Below are positions 1 through 13,670 of a DNA stretch of 64,000 nucleotides, piece after piece (positions within the stretch are counted from its first letter, which is position 1; every line of letters starts with the position of its first letter). The notes under the pieces were generated by a model. It made no database searches and was not told the origin of the DNA. It worked only from the letters and a program-made list of their open reading frames with translations. The stretch is from positions 25,234,001-25,298,000 of the forward strand of contig CM059434.1 of NCBI GenBank assembly GCA_030390025.1, given 5' to 3'. The translations under genes and the position numbers were made by a program. This DNA comes from Squalus acanthias (taxonomy: Eukaryota).

Positions 1-426
1 AGATAAAACTTAGCAGGTTTTGGTATTTTATTTTATAGTTCAGAAACAGCTGTTTCATTTGGAAAGATGACTGGCCATTAGATTGTTACCAGTCTATTTT
101 CAGAGCTGCCCCAATTTTTGTCATAAATGGAGGGATAGGCAGAGAAAACAAAGAGCAGAGGCAAAAGTGGTTACACACCCTCTACAAGAAAACCTATGAA
201 AAATTGGAACTGAAAACAGCCAAAAGACATGTAGTGCAGTGATATTTTTGCACAGGTGTCTGTGCTGTGTACCTGCATGGACGGTCCTCCTGGTTTGATC
301 CTTGATCCTGTCTAACTGCAACAAACCTCAGACTTCAAATGATATAGGGTGACTCCACTTTGCTAGTGTAAATGTGATAATGGCTGATGGGGGTTAGTCA
401 GTGCCCAGAAGCTGCATACGATCATT

Positions 427-1343
427 CATAAGAACATAAGAAATAGGAGCAGGAGTAGGCCCTTCGAGCCTGCTCCGCCATTCAATGAGATCATGGCTGA
501 TCTTCTGCCTCAACTCCATTCACCGGCCCTATCGCCATATCCCTTGATGCCCTTACTAGTCAGAAATCTATCGACTTCTGTTTTGAATATACCCAATGAC
601 TGAGCCTCCACAGCCCTCTGGGGTAGAGAATTCCAAAGATTCACCACCCTCTGTGTGAAGAAATTTCTTCTCATCTCAGTCCTGAATGGCCTACCCTTTA
701 TCCTGAGGCTGTGGCCCCTGGTTCTAAACTCCCCAGCCAAGGGAAACATTCTCCCAGCATCCAGCCTATCAAGCCCTGTAATAATTTTATATGCTTCAAT
801 GAGATCCCCTCTCATTCTTCTGAATTCAAGAGAATACAGGCCTAGTTTACTCAATCTCTTCTCATACGACAGTCCCGCTATCCCAGGAATCAATCTCGTG
901 AACCTTCGTTGCACTCCCTCTATGGCAAGTATATCCTTCCTTAGGTAAGGAGACCAAAATTGGACACAGTACTCCAGGTGTGGTCTCACCAAGGCCCTAT
1001 ATAATTGGAGTAAGACTTCTTTACTCCTGTACTCAAATCCTCTTGTAATGAAGGCCAGCATACCATTTGCCTTCCTAATGGCTTGCTGCACCTGCACATT
1101 CACTTTCAGTGACTCATGTACAAGGACACCCAGGTCCCTTTGAGCATCTGCATTCCCCAATCTTTCGCCATTTAGGAAATACTCTGCCTTTCTGTTTTTT
1201 CTACCAAAGTGGATAACTTCACATTTATCCACATTATATTCCATCTGCCATGTTCTCGCCCACTCACTGAGCCTGTTGAGATCCCTTGAAGCCTCTTTCA
1301 CATCCTCTTCGCAACTGACACTGCCACCTAGCTTTGTATCATC
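427..1343 (-). mobile_element. CR1-type LINE, 5'-truncated 3' end (RT C-terminal half plus 3' tail)
   Basis: ORF 510..1301 has CR1 ORF2 motifs ([47 protein letters not shown]). It is truncated at the DDTKLGG motif (~1343). The 3' tail reads TTCTTATGTTCTTATG on the minus strand. Confidence 0.93.
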
Positions 1344-2157
1344 ATGGTTGTATAATCTTCATATGGTTGCTGCCATTTACGTTTTCCACATGTATTGTTT
1401 CTAGATTCTGACTGCTCTGACAGGAAGTGTTGTAACTCAGCGATCCAAACCCTGAAAACCGAGGGAATTGAGACTGAAAGAGGGCACAGAGTTGCAAGAT
1501 GCAGAAAGTGTTAGATTTAGTGAAATGTGAGTTCCTTCTGCCACATTCAGGGCTAGGCACAGGGGAATAACCCAACTAGGGTCAGTGTTTGAAGCACAAA
1601 TCATGACTGTGTTTGTCAACATTAATCTTTTTGGGGGTGGGAGTGGGGGAGGGGCACATGGAGAGAAATGTCACGTGTACGAAAGGCAAATAAAGACCAC
1701 TTGAAAAGCAAGCTACTATTTTACAGAATAGACTGATTCAGTCATTGAGACATACAGCAGCCTGATATCCTCTGCCTTTCCTTTATTAAATTGGGATTTG
1801 ATATGAAAGACGCTGCCGAAGTCATTGCTAAAATATCTTTATGAAAGAATTTTTACAAACTCTATCCCCAGGCAATAACCCATAGCAGGAAATGAGCCTG
1901 GAATTGCTGAGCGTCTGTATCTATACAGTAGCTGCCACTTGTGTCCAACCTAAAGAAATACAATCCCTTAAGACTATTGGTATTCGCACTGAGTGGTGTT
2001 TCTGGACATCAAAGCAAGATTCACCAAAGATTTAATTTAAATACTGAGGTCACTCTCTTTTGGATACACAAAGGGAACATGTGGTTTATAAACTGTAAAA
2101 CTATAGGCAAATACAGTTGGCTTATTTCTCATGTTTAAATGGGAAAATACAGTTTAA

Positions 2158-2406
<249 letters not shown>

Positions 2407-3534
2407 TAACAAATCAGTGAAATATTTGTGCCCCCTCTGGGTATCCTGCCAACGGAAATCTGTTTCTCACATCACATCATAGTTCTATGTAAGGTACAGC
2501 ATAAAAAAATAACATGCATGTACAGGTAACACAAATATATATCGGAGATCTATTTTGTGCACCAATTTGTGATGACATGAGACTCTAGGCAGTTGGTTAT
2601 TATTTCTTCCACTACCAAACAGCTTCTCCTGCTCTCCACTATCCTGTTCTACTCTTAAATGGCTGCTTCTGCATAGAATTTGATTAACTTGCAGTACATG
2701 TGTGGTATTCATGCTAAGGCCAACACTCTTGTACTTGGCAAAATAGTTCACCGATGTAAGTGAATTGTTACCTTTTACCAAAACTGTATTGTGTTTCAGT
2801 ATCATGCAAAAATGATATTATCATTGTCCTATTAGGATACACACTTGTCCCTCCCCCATACAATGGGATAGATACTGATGAATTGCTGCTACCAGTAACC
2901 CCTGCAGTACATGGATGTGCATAAACAAGTGCTTGGCGAGACTTTGCCATGGTTCCACCCTCACCTTTACTTCAATTGGTGACTTATCACTGACCATTCA
3001 TGACCTCAGGCTACTTGTAGTGTTTTTAGAGAGGGAAAAAAAGAATGGGAGACAACTGAATACAACAACAGGCCTCAGAGGAGGGATGTGTGGGGGGTGC
3101 AGTGAAAAGGAAATGACAAATCGGAACTGGATTAAAAATTGCACTATGCTTGATTCAAAGTGTAATCTGAAGCTCCAGCATTCACTAGAAATTAATTCAG
3201 CTTTAGATAGACACAATCCAGTAGCTAAACCAGTTGCAGACTTCCTCATTCTAAATGCTGGCTTGATGATTTCACAAAACTAATGAGCAATTATCATCCA
3301 AGCCCACTGCAAATCAGCTTAATTCCACAAATCTCAACATGTGGTTGCAGCTATACTTTGTCAGGATTGTCAGCATTGAAAGGACTGACTGTTACAGTAT
3401 TTTTTAAGTGAGAAATAGTAGATGTATTCATGAAATAAATAAATAAAGTGCTTGTTTTATAAAGTACTTAAAGACAGTTGTTTTGTAAGAAATCAATTAA
3501 TCTTATTTCTAAGAAAATCCTCAGTTCCATATAG

Positions 3535-3640
3535 AAAGAAAGAAAGACTTACATTTATATAGCGCCTTTCACGACCACCGGACGTCTCAGCACTTTACAG
3601 CCAATGAAGTACTTTGAGGTGGAGTCACTGTTGTAACATA
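3535..3640 (-). mobile_element. DeuSINE (SacSINE1/AmnSINE1-like) 3' tail fragment
   Basis: Reverse complement matches the tail of the copy at 52576-52880 (AAGTACTTCATTGGCTGTAAAG...GTGAAAGGCGCTATATAAATGTAAGTCTTT). Confidence 0.8.
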
Positions 3641-4422
3641 GTGGAATAAGTTGGAATAAGAGACAAGAAGGGTCAGTTCGGGGATAGGAAGGGGAGGAGC
3701 AATGCAGAGAGTGAGCAGGATGGTGGAAGGGAAGAGAGGAATTGAGAGCGAAAGTGGACTGTAAAGTATGGGGGACTAAGGAAGGGAAGTATTCGTAGAG
3801 GAGAGTGGTTGAAGTGGAGGGATAGAGGATGAGCAGCAAGATGAATGGAGAAGGTGAATTCAAGGACAAGAGAACAGAGGGAATTATATATCACATTTTG
3901 GGGGTCAGTGTTTTACATTTTGGAGATTGAGGTATAGTGAATATTTAGAAAAGTTTGCTATTGTGTGTAAGAATCCACTTTCTCCCTTGTTTCTTCAACT
4001 TGCATTCAGGTTAGAGCAGCATTTAAAAAATGCTGTGCTGATGTCACTTATGGGGGGACCTCATGTTCGCCAAGTTACATTTCTGAAGCAGATCCAACAT
4101 TGACAAGCTAGTGTTCAGCTGAGATGCTACAGTGTTCACTTTTATTACGAGCCTTTGTAATGTGTCGTGTCTGTGTTAGGATTATCTTTAGAGAGAGGAC
4201 TGAAAGTCTTAGTAGTCACGTTTGAGGCACAGCAATGTACGTGTGTTCATTATATTTATTCAGGGGCTGAATGAGAAATTAGGCTAAGTTTGAACTCTGG
4301 TGGAGTAGGAAGGAGTACCTTATAGGAATAATAGTTCTGTTGTTGTTCAAAAGGGGAAAAGAAAATGCAATGCAGCATACAGTCAGTACTTATATTGCAA
4401 AGATGTTAAGAAAGGTAACAAT

Positions 4423-5157
4423 GGCCCAAAAATTAGTGAGGGCGCCTTCGTGCGAGGGTAAGGCTTCCCCGCGATCTCTCACTGCGCGCTGGCTTTTTCA
4501 GTCCCAGCTCGCACGAACTTGATGATCTGGACAGCAGCTGTGCAGGGCTTCCGTATCCCACAGGCGCAGTTAATTCATGCGAGCTGTGGGATCACGTGAC
4601 TCAGTTAGAGCCAATGGCAGCACCCCATCTTTCTTTCATAGCTTTCACATAAGTGCTGTGAAAGCTATGAATCTATACCCCCCAAAAGAACAGCTAAACC
4701 TCAATTAAATTTAAAAAAAAACCATCACATTAATAAAATAAGTATAGTTAAATAAATTAACCATTTTAAACAAAAAATTACATTTTTGAAAAAATTTAAA
4801 ATCTTTTAAAAAGTTATAAAAATAAACTTACCTGTCTTTAAAGTCTCTAAAAAAGATATACCTGTTAAAAAAATTCAAAATAATGCTTAATTAACTACTT
4901 ACCTTGTTAAAAGAGGGTCTTACGCCTCCTTTCTTTATGTCTAAAATGTTCCATGCTTACCTGCGCGTTCAAAGCACTAAGTGCACTGCGTGCGCGCAGC
5001 CTGTAGCGCGCACGCGGTTCACCTAGGAACCGCCCCCTTTTGAATTCACCAAGTGCCGGTTTTCAGCGCATGCGCATGCAGAAAACCAGCAATTGGAGAC
5101 AGAATAAGCGAGAGTACACAGTGCGTACTCTCGCGTAGCGGCACTAATTTTTGGGCC
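4423..5157. mobile_element. Non-autonomous DNA transposon (MITE), PIF/Harbinger-type
   Basis: Perfect 16-bp TIRs GGCCCAAAAATTAGTG (4423-4438) / CACTAATTTTTGGGCC (5142-5157). 3-bp TSD AAT on both sides. CpG-rich ends, AT-rich core. Confidence 0.85.
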
Positions 5158-8100
5158 AATAACATTTTAAACTGTCTTAATAAAGAGTGGCTGAAAAACT
5201 TTTTAGATCTAGATCATTTTAAATCTATAATCTTGACTATAATTTTATTTCAAAATTTAAGAAAATATAGGACAAAAATAAAAAAAGTAAACTAAATTGT
5301 GTTTCTGTGTTGTATTTTGTGTGTGGTTGGCTAACATTTACTGTAGCCAGTGGCGCATGTGTTGAATAAAATGAGATAGCTTATGTGTGAATGCTTAAAA
5401 AAAAAAAGCCCCAAAAATGCTAAAAAGTGAAAATGATGATGGTTCAAAACACTGAGCTTTCTTTCCCTTTAGGATGCAGACCAACCAACAGTTCAATTTC
5501 AACCTTTCCTGTTTTATTTCAGCTAGTGTAAAATGGCAGATGGTATTTGGCACACCTAGGAGAGGAAAACTGCTAGTTTTGTAAAAAAGGACAATTCAGT
5601 TTACTTGTTATAACATTAAATGGAGCATGAAGAAATGTACTGAAATCTGCTGGTTGAACTCCTGAGAGTTTCTGGTTTTCCCTCTGCCAGCAGGAGTTAG
5701 TGGATGGTGTTAATAAGCTCGACTGTTTGGCAGTAAATATACTTTTATTTAGCATCCGATTCTGTTTCTTAATGCTGCTCGTGAACAACTATGTTTTAGC
5801 AAGGTAATGAAGGCCTCCTTTGTACCTATGTAAACTGTTGTTTCTGGGGCTGGACTCGCAAAGATATTGCATTACTCAGAATATCATTTCCTAAAGTGAT
5901 TGATGTAACGGATGCAGGGTAGCAAAAGCAAGTAGTTGCACCCTTGACGGTGTAGGAAACTTGTAGTTTGGAGGAATATCATGCTGCTACGTTGGTTTTT
6001 TTCTCCACTGGACATAGACAGACTGGAAAAGAAATTAGTTTTTATAAGTTCCATTTATACAGCAGAATTATGGTTGGATCTAAATCAAGTAATACTTCAA
6101 ATAAAAATAGGTATAAACACAAGATCTATACAAATACTAGTATTGTTATGCACCAAATTTGACCTATACTCGCATTACAGGGGGTCACAAGTACAAGTCT
6201 GTTTTGACACATTTATTGCAGAAACATAGTGCTCCTCTCTCTTCACACAAATATTCCATTTATTTTGCACTATTCACCATCAGTTACAGGGGAACATAAA
6301 GTATGGGATTGTTTTCCTCATCAAGCTGGGTTCTTCAACTAGATTATGCACAATGTGTTCTCATGGATACTCTGCAACTTACTGCTGAAGGAGGTGATTA
6401 ATTACAAGTAGAGCTTTGAAGAAAACTATAAAATAGCTTTCTGAATTCAAAGTATTTAAACATAAACTCCAACTTTACACCGGTTGTCACCCGTGGATAA
6501 CATTTGCATAGTCCTAAAGCGACTTGTAGGATAGCAGCCATAGAGCATATAGCCATCTATGTGCATATTTATTCCTACCTCCACTGCTATGCCCGAACAG
6601 TGACCCTTTGTGGTTATCTCACCCGGTCCTGTTGAACTTGCCAGTGAGAATAGGATCTGATGTTTTGCAAACGAGGGGAACCTCATCATGTCGAGTGCGT
6701 GGGTGAGAAGACTACCAAGGAAGATTGGTTCCTTCATTTATACAGAAACTTATTTCTGACATATATGGTACCCAAGAACTTTGAGTGGGTTTATCCACGA
6801 GGAGTAATTCAAAATGGTATGTCGTTGATGTGGTATTTCCGGGAGATTGGGCTTACACGTCAAGAAAGGCACACTTGAGGGAGTAAACTACGAATGCAAG
6901 TTGTTTGTGAAATTTCATCAGTTAAACCATTTTTTCATCTGCCTTTATTTGAGCAACCGGTTTATCCAAGTTATCGCTCAGATTTTTATAAAGACAAAAG
7001 CCAGCAGCTTCTGAGTATTCTAGGAATGCTGGTATTTCTCATGAGTGAATAGAAATCTCAATCACAGCCAGTATAGTCCCCCTCTATCGTAGATGCCCAA
7101 TTTTGGATATCTCTGAACGTAGTCACCATATCACCTGTGATGTTTTGAAACTTTAACTCTCTCAGGAAGATGCAGAATGTACCCACAGTACTACTTCTGA
7201 CATATCATGCCATCTTTATTGTGTGACACTTTGTGATTAATGGACTAAACCTCCTTACATTGAGATCAACCATGAGGCAGTTGCATTAAATTAGTGGTTT
7301 CAAGATGCAATTAAATTGTCCTTGTGAACTCCACTGTCATTTCTTACTCTGGTGACAGATCTATTTTTCACCTTTTGAGGTTCTGGTCCAAAGGATGTGG
7401 TACAGCTACTTATAACTTGGTACATCAGCACTCTTGAACTTTCAGAAACGTGGCTGGGAATCCGAGACTTTTAACTTACATTTGACAATATTTAACTCAA
7501 CAGTTGCTACCTTTGCATAGCAAGTAGGAACTCCAATCAAAGAATGAGGAAGATCGCATCAAGACTAGTTAATCTAACATTTCACTGTAAGACATCTGTT
7601 GTCTATGTGTGACCTAAATGATCTACTTTGTTTTTGCATAGTAAAGTAATTACATTCAGGTGGATTTCTATAAATAATGCCAGCAACAAGGAAAAATATT
7701 ATTTTCTCCATTGTTTAAAGTAATTCTGCATGACATTGCATTCTTCAATCAAGGGTGAGCAATCAGTATACCAGCAACCTCTATCAATGCTACTCTACAA
7801 CTAACTGCAACAAGGTGTGTGAGAAGCTCAGGATAACTTACCACTCAGATTCGATTTTATTTAACCGCCGGTCCTTTTATGTCTGATTTCCCTCACACCC
7901 CACCCCCGCCTCAAAAAAAAAAGAGCTAGCCAACAGACTAAATTCAATTTGTTAGAAACTGAAGGACGAGCTGAAGTTCTGCCACTGTGTGGCACATTCC
8001 AATATTTAAGGAGTGAAGTTGAGCTTAGATGTCCACAGTGGTTCTTTTGAATACATGTGTTATAATTTGAATCTGTCGCAAACTCCACATAGCACAGATG

Positions 8101-8690
8101 ATGCAGATTACGGTATTTTTATTACCGTATTTCATTTCTTTCCAACAATGCTTAAATGCACAATAAATTGAGTGCAACATTATACATGTCATTTTTGGAG
8201 ACCTAAGTATTTGAATTAAAAGTTATAAATGTGATGAATGTTGTTGATATACTGTTACTAAAACTTAAATCACTCTGTTGTGACATAAAGCAGCTTATAG
8301 TATCTAATGTGGCTGTACAAAATTTGAATTGTGTTAAATAATTGACAAAGACACATGAGAATTATATTACGATTTGAAGCAAGGCTCCATTTTAAATTTG
8401 ACTCGTACTTCTGTGCATGAAAAACCTCCACTGCACAAGCATTGCACCTTCAATTGTTTTTAGTGGCAATTAACTTAAATATGTTACAAACAAAATGTAG
8501 TGGGGCTTCTAACTAAGTTTCTGATTTATCATAGAGTAATTAGTGAGAGCATATGCATTTTGGAAGGTAAAGAATTGGCCTTTAGCTCCTTAACAGTCAA
8601 TTAGCGTGATGCATACTTTGTATGTTTGATCAGTGAAAGCTCAGAATATAGGGTACAGATATTGTCCAGGCATGTTTTTGATGAGATATA

Positions 8691-9463
8691 GGGGTAAAAA
8701 TTGAGTCACGCCCCATTTGGGGCGCTAACCTCGCCGGGGCGCGACTTTTAGCGCCCCGAAAAAATTAGCGGCCCCGCGCCAGAACTTCAGTGGTTGCGCC
8801 CCAAGAGGTAAGCGGGGCGCCACTGGAAGCACCCCGCATCCCTCTTGGGGCGCTGCGAGTGAATATCCTGGCGCTACGTGCCGCAGCGCCACGCGCTGCG
8901 GCACGTCGCGCCGCGGTATTGCAGGCCTTCCTCCCCTTCTTAAAGGGGAGGGACCCTGCGCAGCGCGAACCGGGGCCCAGCTGGGCTCCCAGGGATCGGG
9001 AGTGCCGGCAAAAGAGCCCGGCACTCAAGAGAAGTGCCGGGCTCTTGGAGCGCAGCCGGCACTTCACGGTGGGGGGGCTTCACGGGGGCCGGGGACAGCA
9101 ACGGGGGCAGGTGCTGGCAGGCGGCCAGCAACAAAAATGGCCGCCTGCCACCTCCCCTTTAAATATCGCCGCCCCGGCCGCACGTACGCCTCCCTGAACC
9201 CGTCGGACATAGCGTCTGGCGGTAAATCAGGGGGCGCGACTGAAGATCACGGCCGGGGCGCGAGCGGGGTGCTGCGCACGGCGATGACGTCGTCGCCGGC
9301 GGCGCAGCGCCACAGGGCGCTACCGGCTGCCGCCGCCGCTAACCTCCCACTAAATTTTTCGGGAGGCGTGGGCGGCGCTGCGCCCGGGCGTTAGCTGCTT
9401 TACGCCCCATTAGCGCCCTCTTAAGGCGCTAACGGGAGGCGCAAGCAGCTGAATTTTTCCCCC
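8691..9463. mobile_element. GC-rich MITE, PIF/Harbinger-type
   Basis: TIRs GGGGTAAAAATTGAG / CTGAATTTTTCCCCC (13/15 match). TSD ATA at 8688-8690 and 9464-9466. Abrupt GC/CpG-rich block in an AT-rich intron. Confidence 0.85.
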
Positions 9464-10479
9464 ATAATGTTCAGGGTACCTGACCAGAACTGTTAATCAT
9501 TGGTACTAATTAGCCACAGGATCTTTGTTCGAATCTTATGGTGGATATCTCAAACTTTTGGTCTCTGTTGAGTATTGGTATTATATTTGTACTAATAAAC
9601 AATGCTATATTATAATAATACTGTGTTTCAGAAGTATGCAGGAGCAGTTGATGTTGCATTGTGTTTAGTATGAATTCAGTGAAATTTTAATTTCTGGTTT
9701 GATAAGAAAATGATGGCCAGGAAAAGACCAACCAGCCCATCCAGCCTGTCCCACACAGTTGTGCTGCCTTCTGCATAACATACATACATTCCTACCCACC
9801 TGGCGCCATGTAATCTCCTGGAAAAACCAGATTAAAAACCCAGGCCAATTAGGGGGGGGGGGGGGGGGGAACAGGAAAATTCCTCTCTGACCCCCTTCGG
9901 CAATTCAAACTAGTCCAGAAGAACACATTCATAGAATCATAGGTTGGCCCTGATTTCTGTTATAGGATACCTACCTCTTGTACTAATGTGACAGAAGAAC
10001 TTCAAAGTCAAGTCCCGAGTTGACTGCTAATCGCAACATTGAGGCACCCTCAGGGGAGGCTGTCTCACATCACTTAGGCATGTCATAACATGGAGTATAA
10101 CTCCAGTGCAATGTCAAGCTGTGTTTGAAAACAATTGTGCAGGTGGTCTATTGGACTCCTGGCTACTTTAAAAACTTAAGCAGAACTTATTTAAATTAAT
10201 TGAGAAAGCAGACGCTTCCGCTTACTCTTAATATATTTAAAATGTATCAACTGGGAGCAAAACATTGTGCAAATATATAAGTGCAGAGCTCTCTCCTAGC
10301 TCCAATAGTCTGACTCGCAGCCACACAGTATAAATCTGGTTGTACCGGTTGTGAATTAATACTGCTCCTAGCAATCGGGGATATGTCGCTAAAGTATAAT
10401 AGCCTAAGGGTTAAAATATTCAAGAAATTATTTAAGAATCTTAGTCATTTCGGTCAGGGAATTCCTTCCCTTCCCCCTC

Positions 10480-12722
10480 CCAACCCTATTTCCTTCTGTG
10501 TCCGCCACTGGGAAAAAAAGCTCTCTCCCAATTCACTTACAACTGCACTTTCAAAATCCCAACTGTCTAGCCTTTGGCCTCCATTTGCCACAACATTTCT
10601 GCAGCTACCAATCTGCTCAACCACACCCTCACCTCCACCTTTGATGTCCTAGTCCCCTTTAAAACCATTACTCTCTCACCCTAGACAATTCCCGCCGGTA
10701 CGGCCCTCATCTTTGCTCCCTTAAGTCCAAGGGACGCAGACTTGAACGGATATGGCGGATATCTGGTTTAGCCATTTACTGCCAGATCTGGCTGGACCAC
10801 AAAGCACCATCGAGTCCTGCCATCGTCTGCCAAAACTGCTCACTATTCCAGGATCATCCTGGAATGCACTGATAATCCCTGACTTTTCTCTACTGCAAAC
10901 TGTCTTAAACTCCTCTCCCCTGTCTCCTCCACCCTCACCTCCAACAAGTGCGAGGAGCTTATGGACTTCTTTATCACTAATATTGAGACTATACAATCAG
11001 CTGCCTCTGCCACTTCCCTCCCTTCCCTTAGCCCATTGGGCCAAACTTCCTCTAAGACTCCCCCCTGCCTTAGCCCTGAACTCGCATCTTTCTCCAGTTT
11101 CTCTCCTATCTCCCCTCATGCTCTCTCTGAGCCCAGCTTGTCCATGAGACCCACTTCTTGCTCCCTCGTCCCTACTCCCACTAAATTGCTGACTACCCAA
11201 CTTCCCTTCCTGGCTCCCATGTTAACTGACATTGTTAATGTTTCTCTCTCCTCGGGCATTATCCCTTTTCTTTAAAAATCTGCCGTCATCACCCCTCTTT
11301 TTTAAAAAAAAAAACAACCCTTGACCCATCCGTCCTTGCAAACTACCACCCCATCTCCAACCTCCCTTTCTTCTCCAAAGTCCTTGAATGTGTTGTCACC
11401 TCCCAAATCCTTGCTCATCTTTGAATCCCTCCAATCAGGTTTCCCGCCCCGCCACAGTACCGAAACAGCTCTTACCAGAGTCACAAATGACATCCTATGT
11501 GACTGTGACCGTACTAAACTATCCTTCCTCGTCCTTCTCGACCTGTCTGCAGCCTTTGATACGGTTGACCACACCATCCTCCTCCAACACCTCGCCACCG
11601 TTGTCCAGCTGGGTGGGACTGCACTCGCCTGGTTCCAGTCTTATCCATCAAATCGTAGCCAGAGAATCACCTGCTCTCTCTTCCCACTCCCGCACCGTTA
11701 CCGCTGGTGTCCCCAAACGATCTATCCTTGGCCCCCTCCTATTTTTCATCTACATGCTGCCCCTCGGCGACATCATCCAAGAACACAGCATCCGTTTCCA
11801 CATATACACTGACGACACACAGCTCTATCTCACCACCATCTCTTTTGATCCCTCCACTGTATCTAAATTGTCAGACTGCTTGTCTGACATCCAGTTCTGG
11901 ATGAGCAGAAATTTCTTCCAACTGAATATTGGGAAGACCAAAGCCATTGTTTTCATTCCCTGCCACAAACTCTGTTCCCTAGCCACTGACTCCATCCCTC
12001 TCCCTGGCAACTGTCTGAGGCTGAACCCCAGACTGTTTGCAACCTTGGTGTCATATTTGACCCCGAGATGAGCTTCTGACCACATACTGCGGCATCACTA
12101 AGACCGCCTATTTCCACCTCCGGAACATCGCCCGACTCCGCCCTGCCTCAGTTCATCCGCTGCTGAAATCCTCATCCATGCCTTTGTTACCTCTAGACTT
12201 GACTATTCCAACGCACTCTTGGCCGGCCTCCCACGTTCTACCCTACGTAAACTTGAGGTCGTCCAAAACTCTACTGTCCGTGTTCAAACTTGCACCAAGT
12301 TCACCCATCACCCCTGTGCTCGCTAACATACACTGGCTCGTGGTTAAGCAACGCCTCCATTTAAAAAAAAACTAAAAAAATTCTCATCCTTGTTTTCAAA
12401 CCCCTCCATGGTCTCGCCCCTCCCTATCTCTGTAATCTCCTCCAGCCCCACAGCCTTCTAAGATATCTGTGCTTCTCTAATTCTGGCCTCTTGAGCATCC
12501 CCGATTTCAATCGCTCCACCATTAGTGGGCATGCCTTCAGCTGCCAAGGCCCCAAGCTCTGGAATTCCCCCCCCATACCTCTCCGCCTCTTTACCTCTCC
12601 TTCCTCCTTTTAAGACGCACCTTAAAAACTACCTCTTTGACCAAGCTTTTGATCATCTGCCCTAATATCTCCTTATTTGACTGCATTAAAGGTGCTATAT
12701 AAATACAAGTTGTTGTGGTTGT
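10480..12722 (+). mobile_element. L2-clade LINE, 5'-truncated and frameshifted RT
   Basis: Motifs QSGFPPRHSTETAL, LLDLSAAFDTVDH, GVPKRSILGPLLF and YTDDTQLY are split over frames. 3' tail TTAAAGGTGCTATATAAATACAAGTTGTTG. 5' boundary approximate. Confidence 0.92.
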
Positions 12723-12915
12723 AAAGCTGTTGTTTAAATATTCCCTTAAATTAAGGAAAGTCTTTGTTTTGGACCTGTTAAACTCTTAGTTTTAAAGATG
12801 AACTTTGATTAAAGGAACCTGGTGCCACCTACATCATTTCTTTGAGTTATTTTGGAAACTGCTGGGCATCATCTTATTTGTGTAAATCTCAGTATTAACT
12901 GTTATGTTATAAAGT

Positions 12916-13200
12916 CTCCTGATGGCTCAGTGGGTAAATGTAGTCTCTGGTATGATACTGAGGCATACAAAGCAGGAAGATCCCAGGCTCGATTCCCTAG
13001 TCTCTGCTCTCTGATTTCTGCCGAGGAGGCAGTTGGGGCATTTATATTGGGTGACGACTGAATCTAGCTTGGTTAGAATGCTCTACTCCCGTCCCCCGAT
13101 AACCAGTGTCGTACGTGAAGGATGGGCTACTTGGATGAGCTTCTGGTGGGCTCCTGATACTTGTGAAACATATCCCAACACGAGTTAGCACCTTCCAGTG
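12916..13200 (+). mobile_element. Old tRNA-headed SINE-like repeat (copy 1 of 4)
   Basis: A-box-like TGGCTCAGTGGG and B-box-like GGCTCGATTCCC. Shares body motifs with 22545-22940, 36650-37030 and 38838-39190. Confidence 0.6.
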
Positions 13201-13461
13201 TGGAAGGGAAAGTTAAGAGGAAAACTGTGATCATTATAGCTTTGAAGTGCACAATACAGAGGATCCCTACACACCACTCACCAGAGTAATGACAGCGGTG
13301 CCACAGGAAATGTATAGACATTGTTTTCTTTGATTTTTGGGGCATGGCTGATGAATCAAAAGGTTCTTCAAACAACTTATAAATTTATAACTAGCACCTT
13401 TACAATGGATTCTCGACATAGAGGCACATCCAGGTGCAATATTACTACTGACCAATAAAGA

Positions 13462-13670
13462 ATTGGTTATAATGTGGAACCTGCTACCACAGGAAGTGGT
13501 TGATGCTTTTAAAAGGAAACTAGATGAGTACATGAGAGAAAAGGGAATAAAAAGATATGCTGAAAAGCTGAGGTGAAGTAGATGGAACGGGAGGAGACTC
13601 GTGTGGAGTATAAACTCCAGCACAGACTACTGAGTGGCCTGTTTTTGTGCTGTATGTTCCATGTAATTGT
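13462..13670 (+). mobile_element. Degraded CR1 3'-end fragment
   Basis: Encodes WNLLPQEVV..FKRKLDEYM-like terminal CR1 residues followed by a CR1-like 3' UTR. Confidence 0.65.

Noticed and set aside
3640-3895. GA-rich block next to a SINE tail
   Set aside because: Low complexity; it could be a decayed LINE but cannot be assigned.
8725-9394. Several overlapping 100-135 aa ORFs on both strands
   Set aside because: A by-product of extreme GC content inside a TIR/TSD-bounded MITE; no domain motifs.
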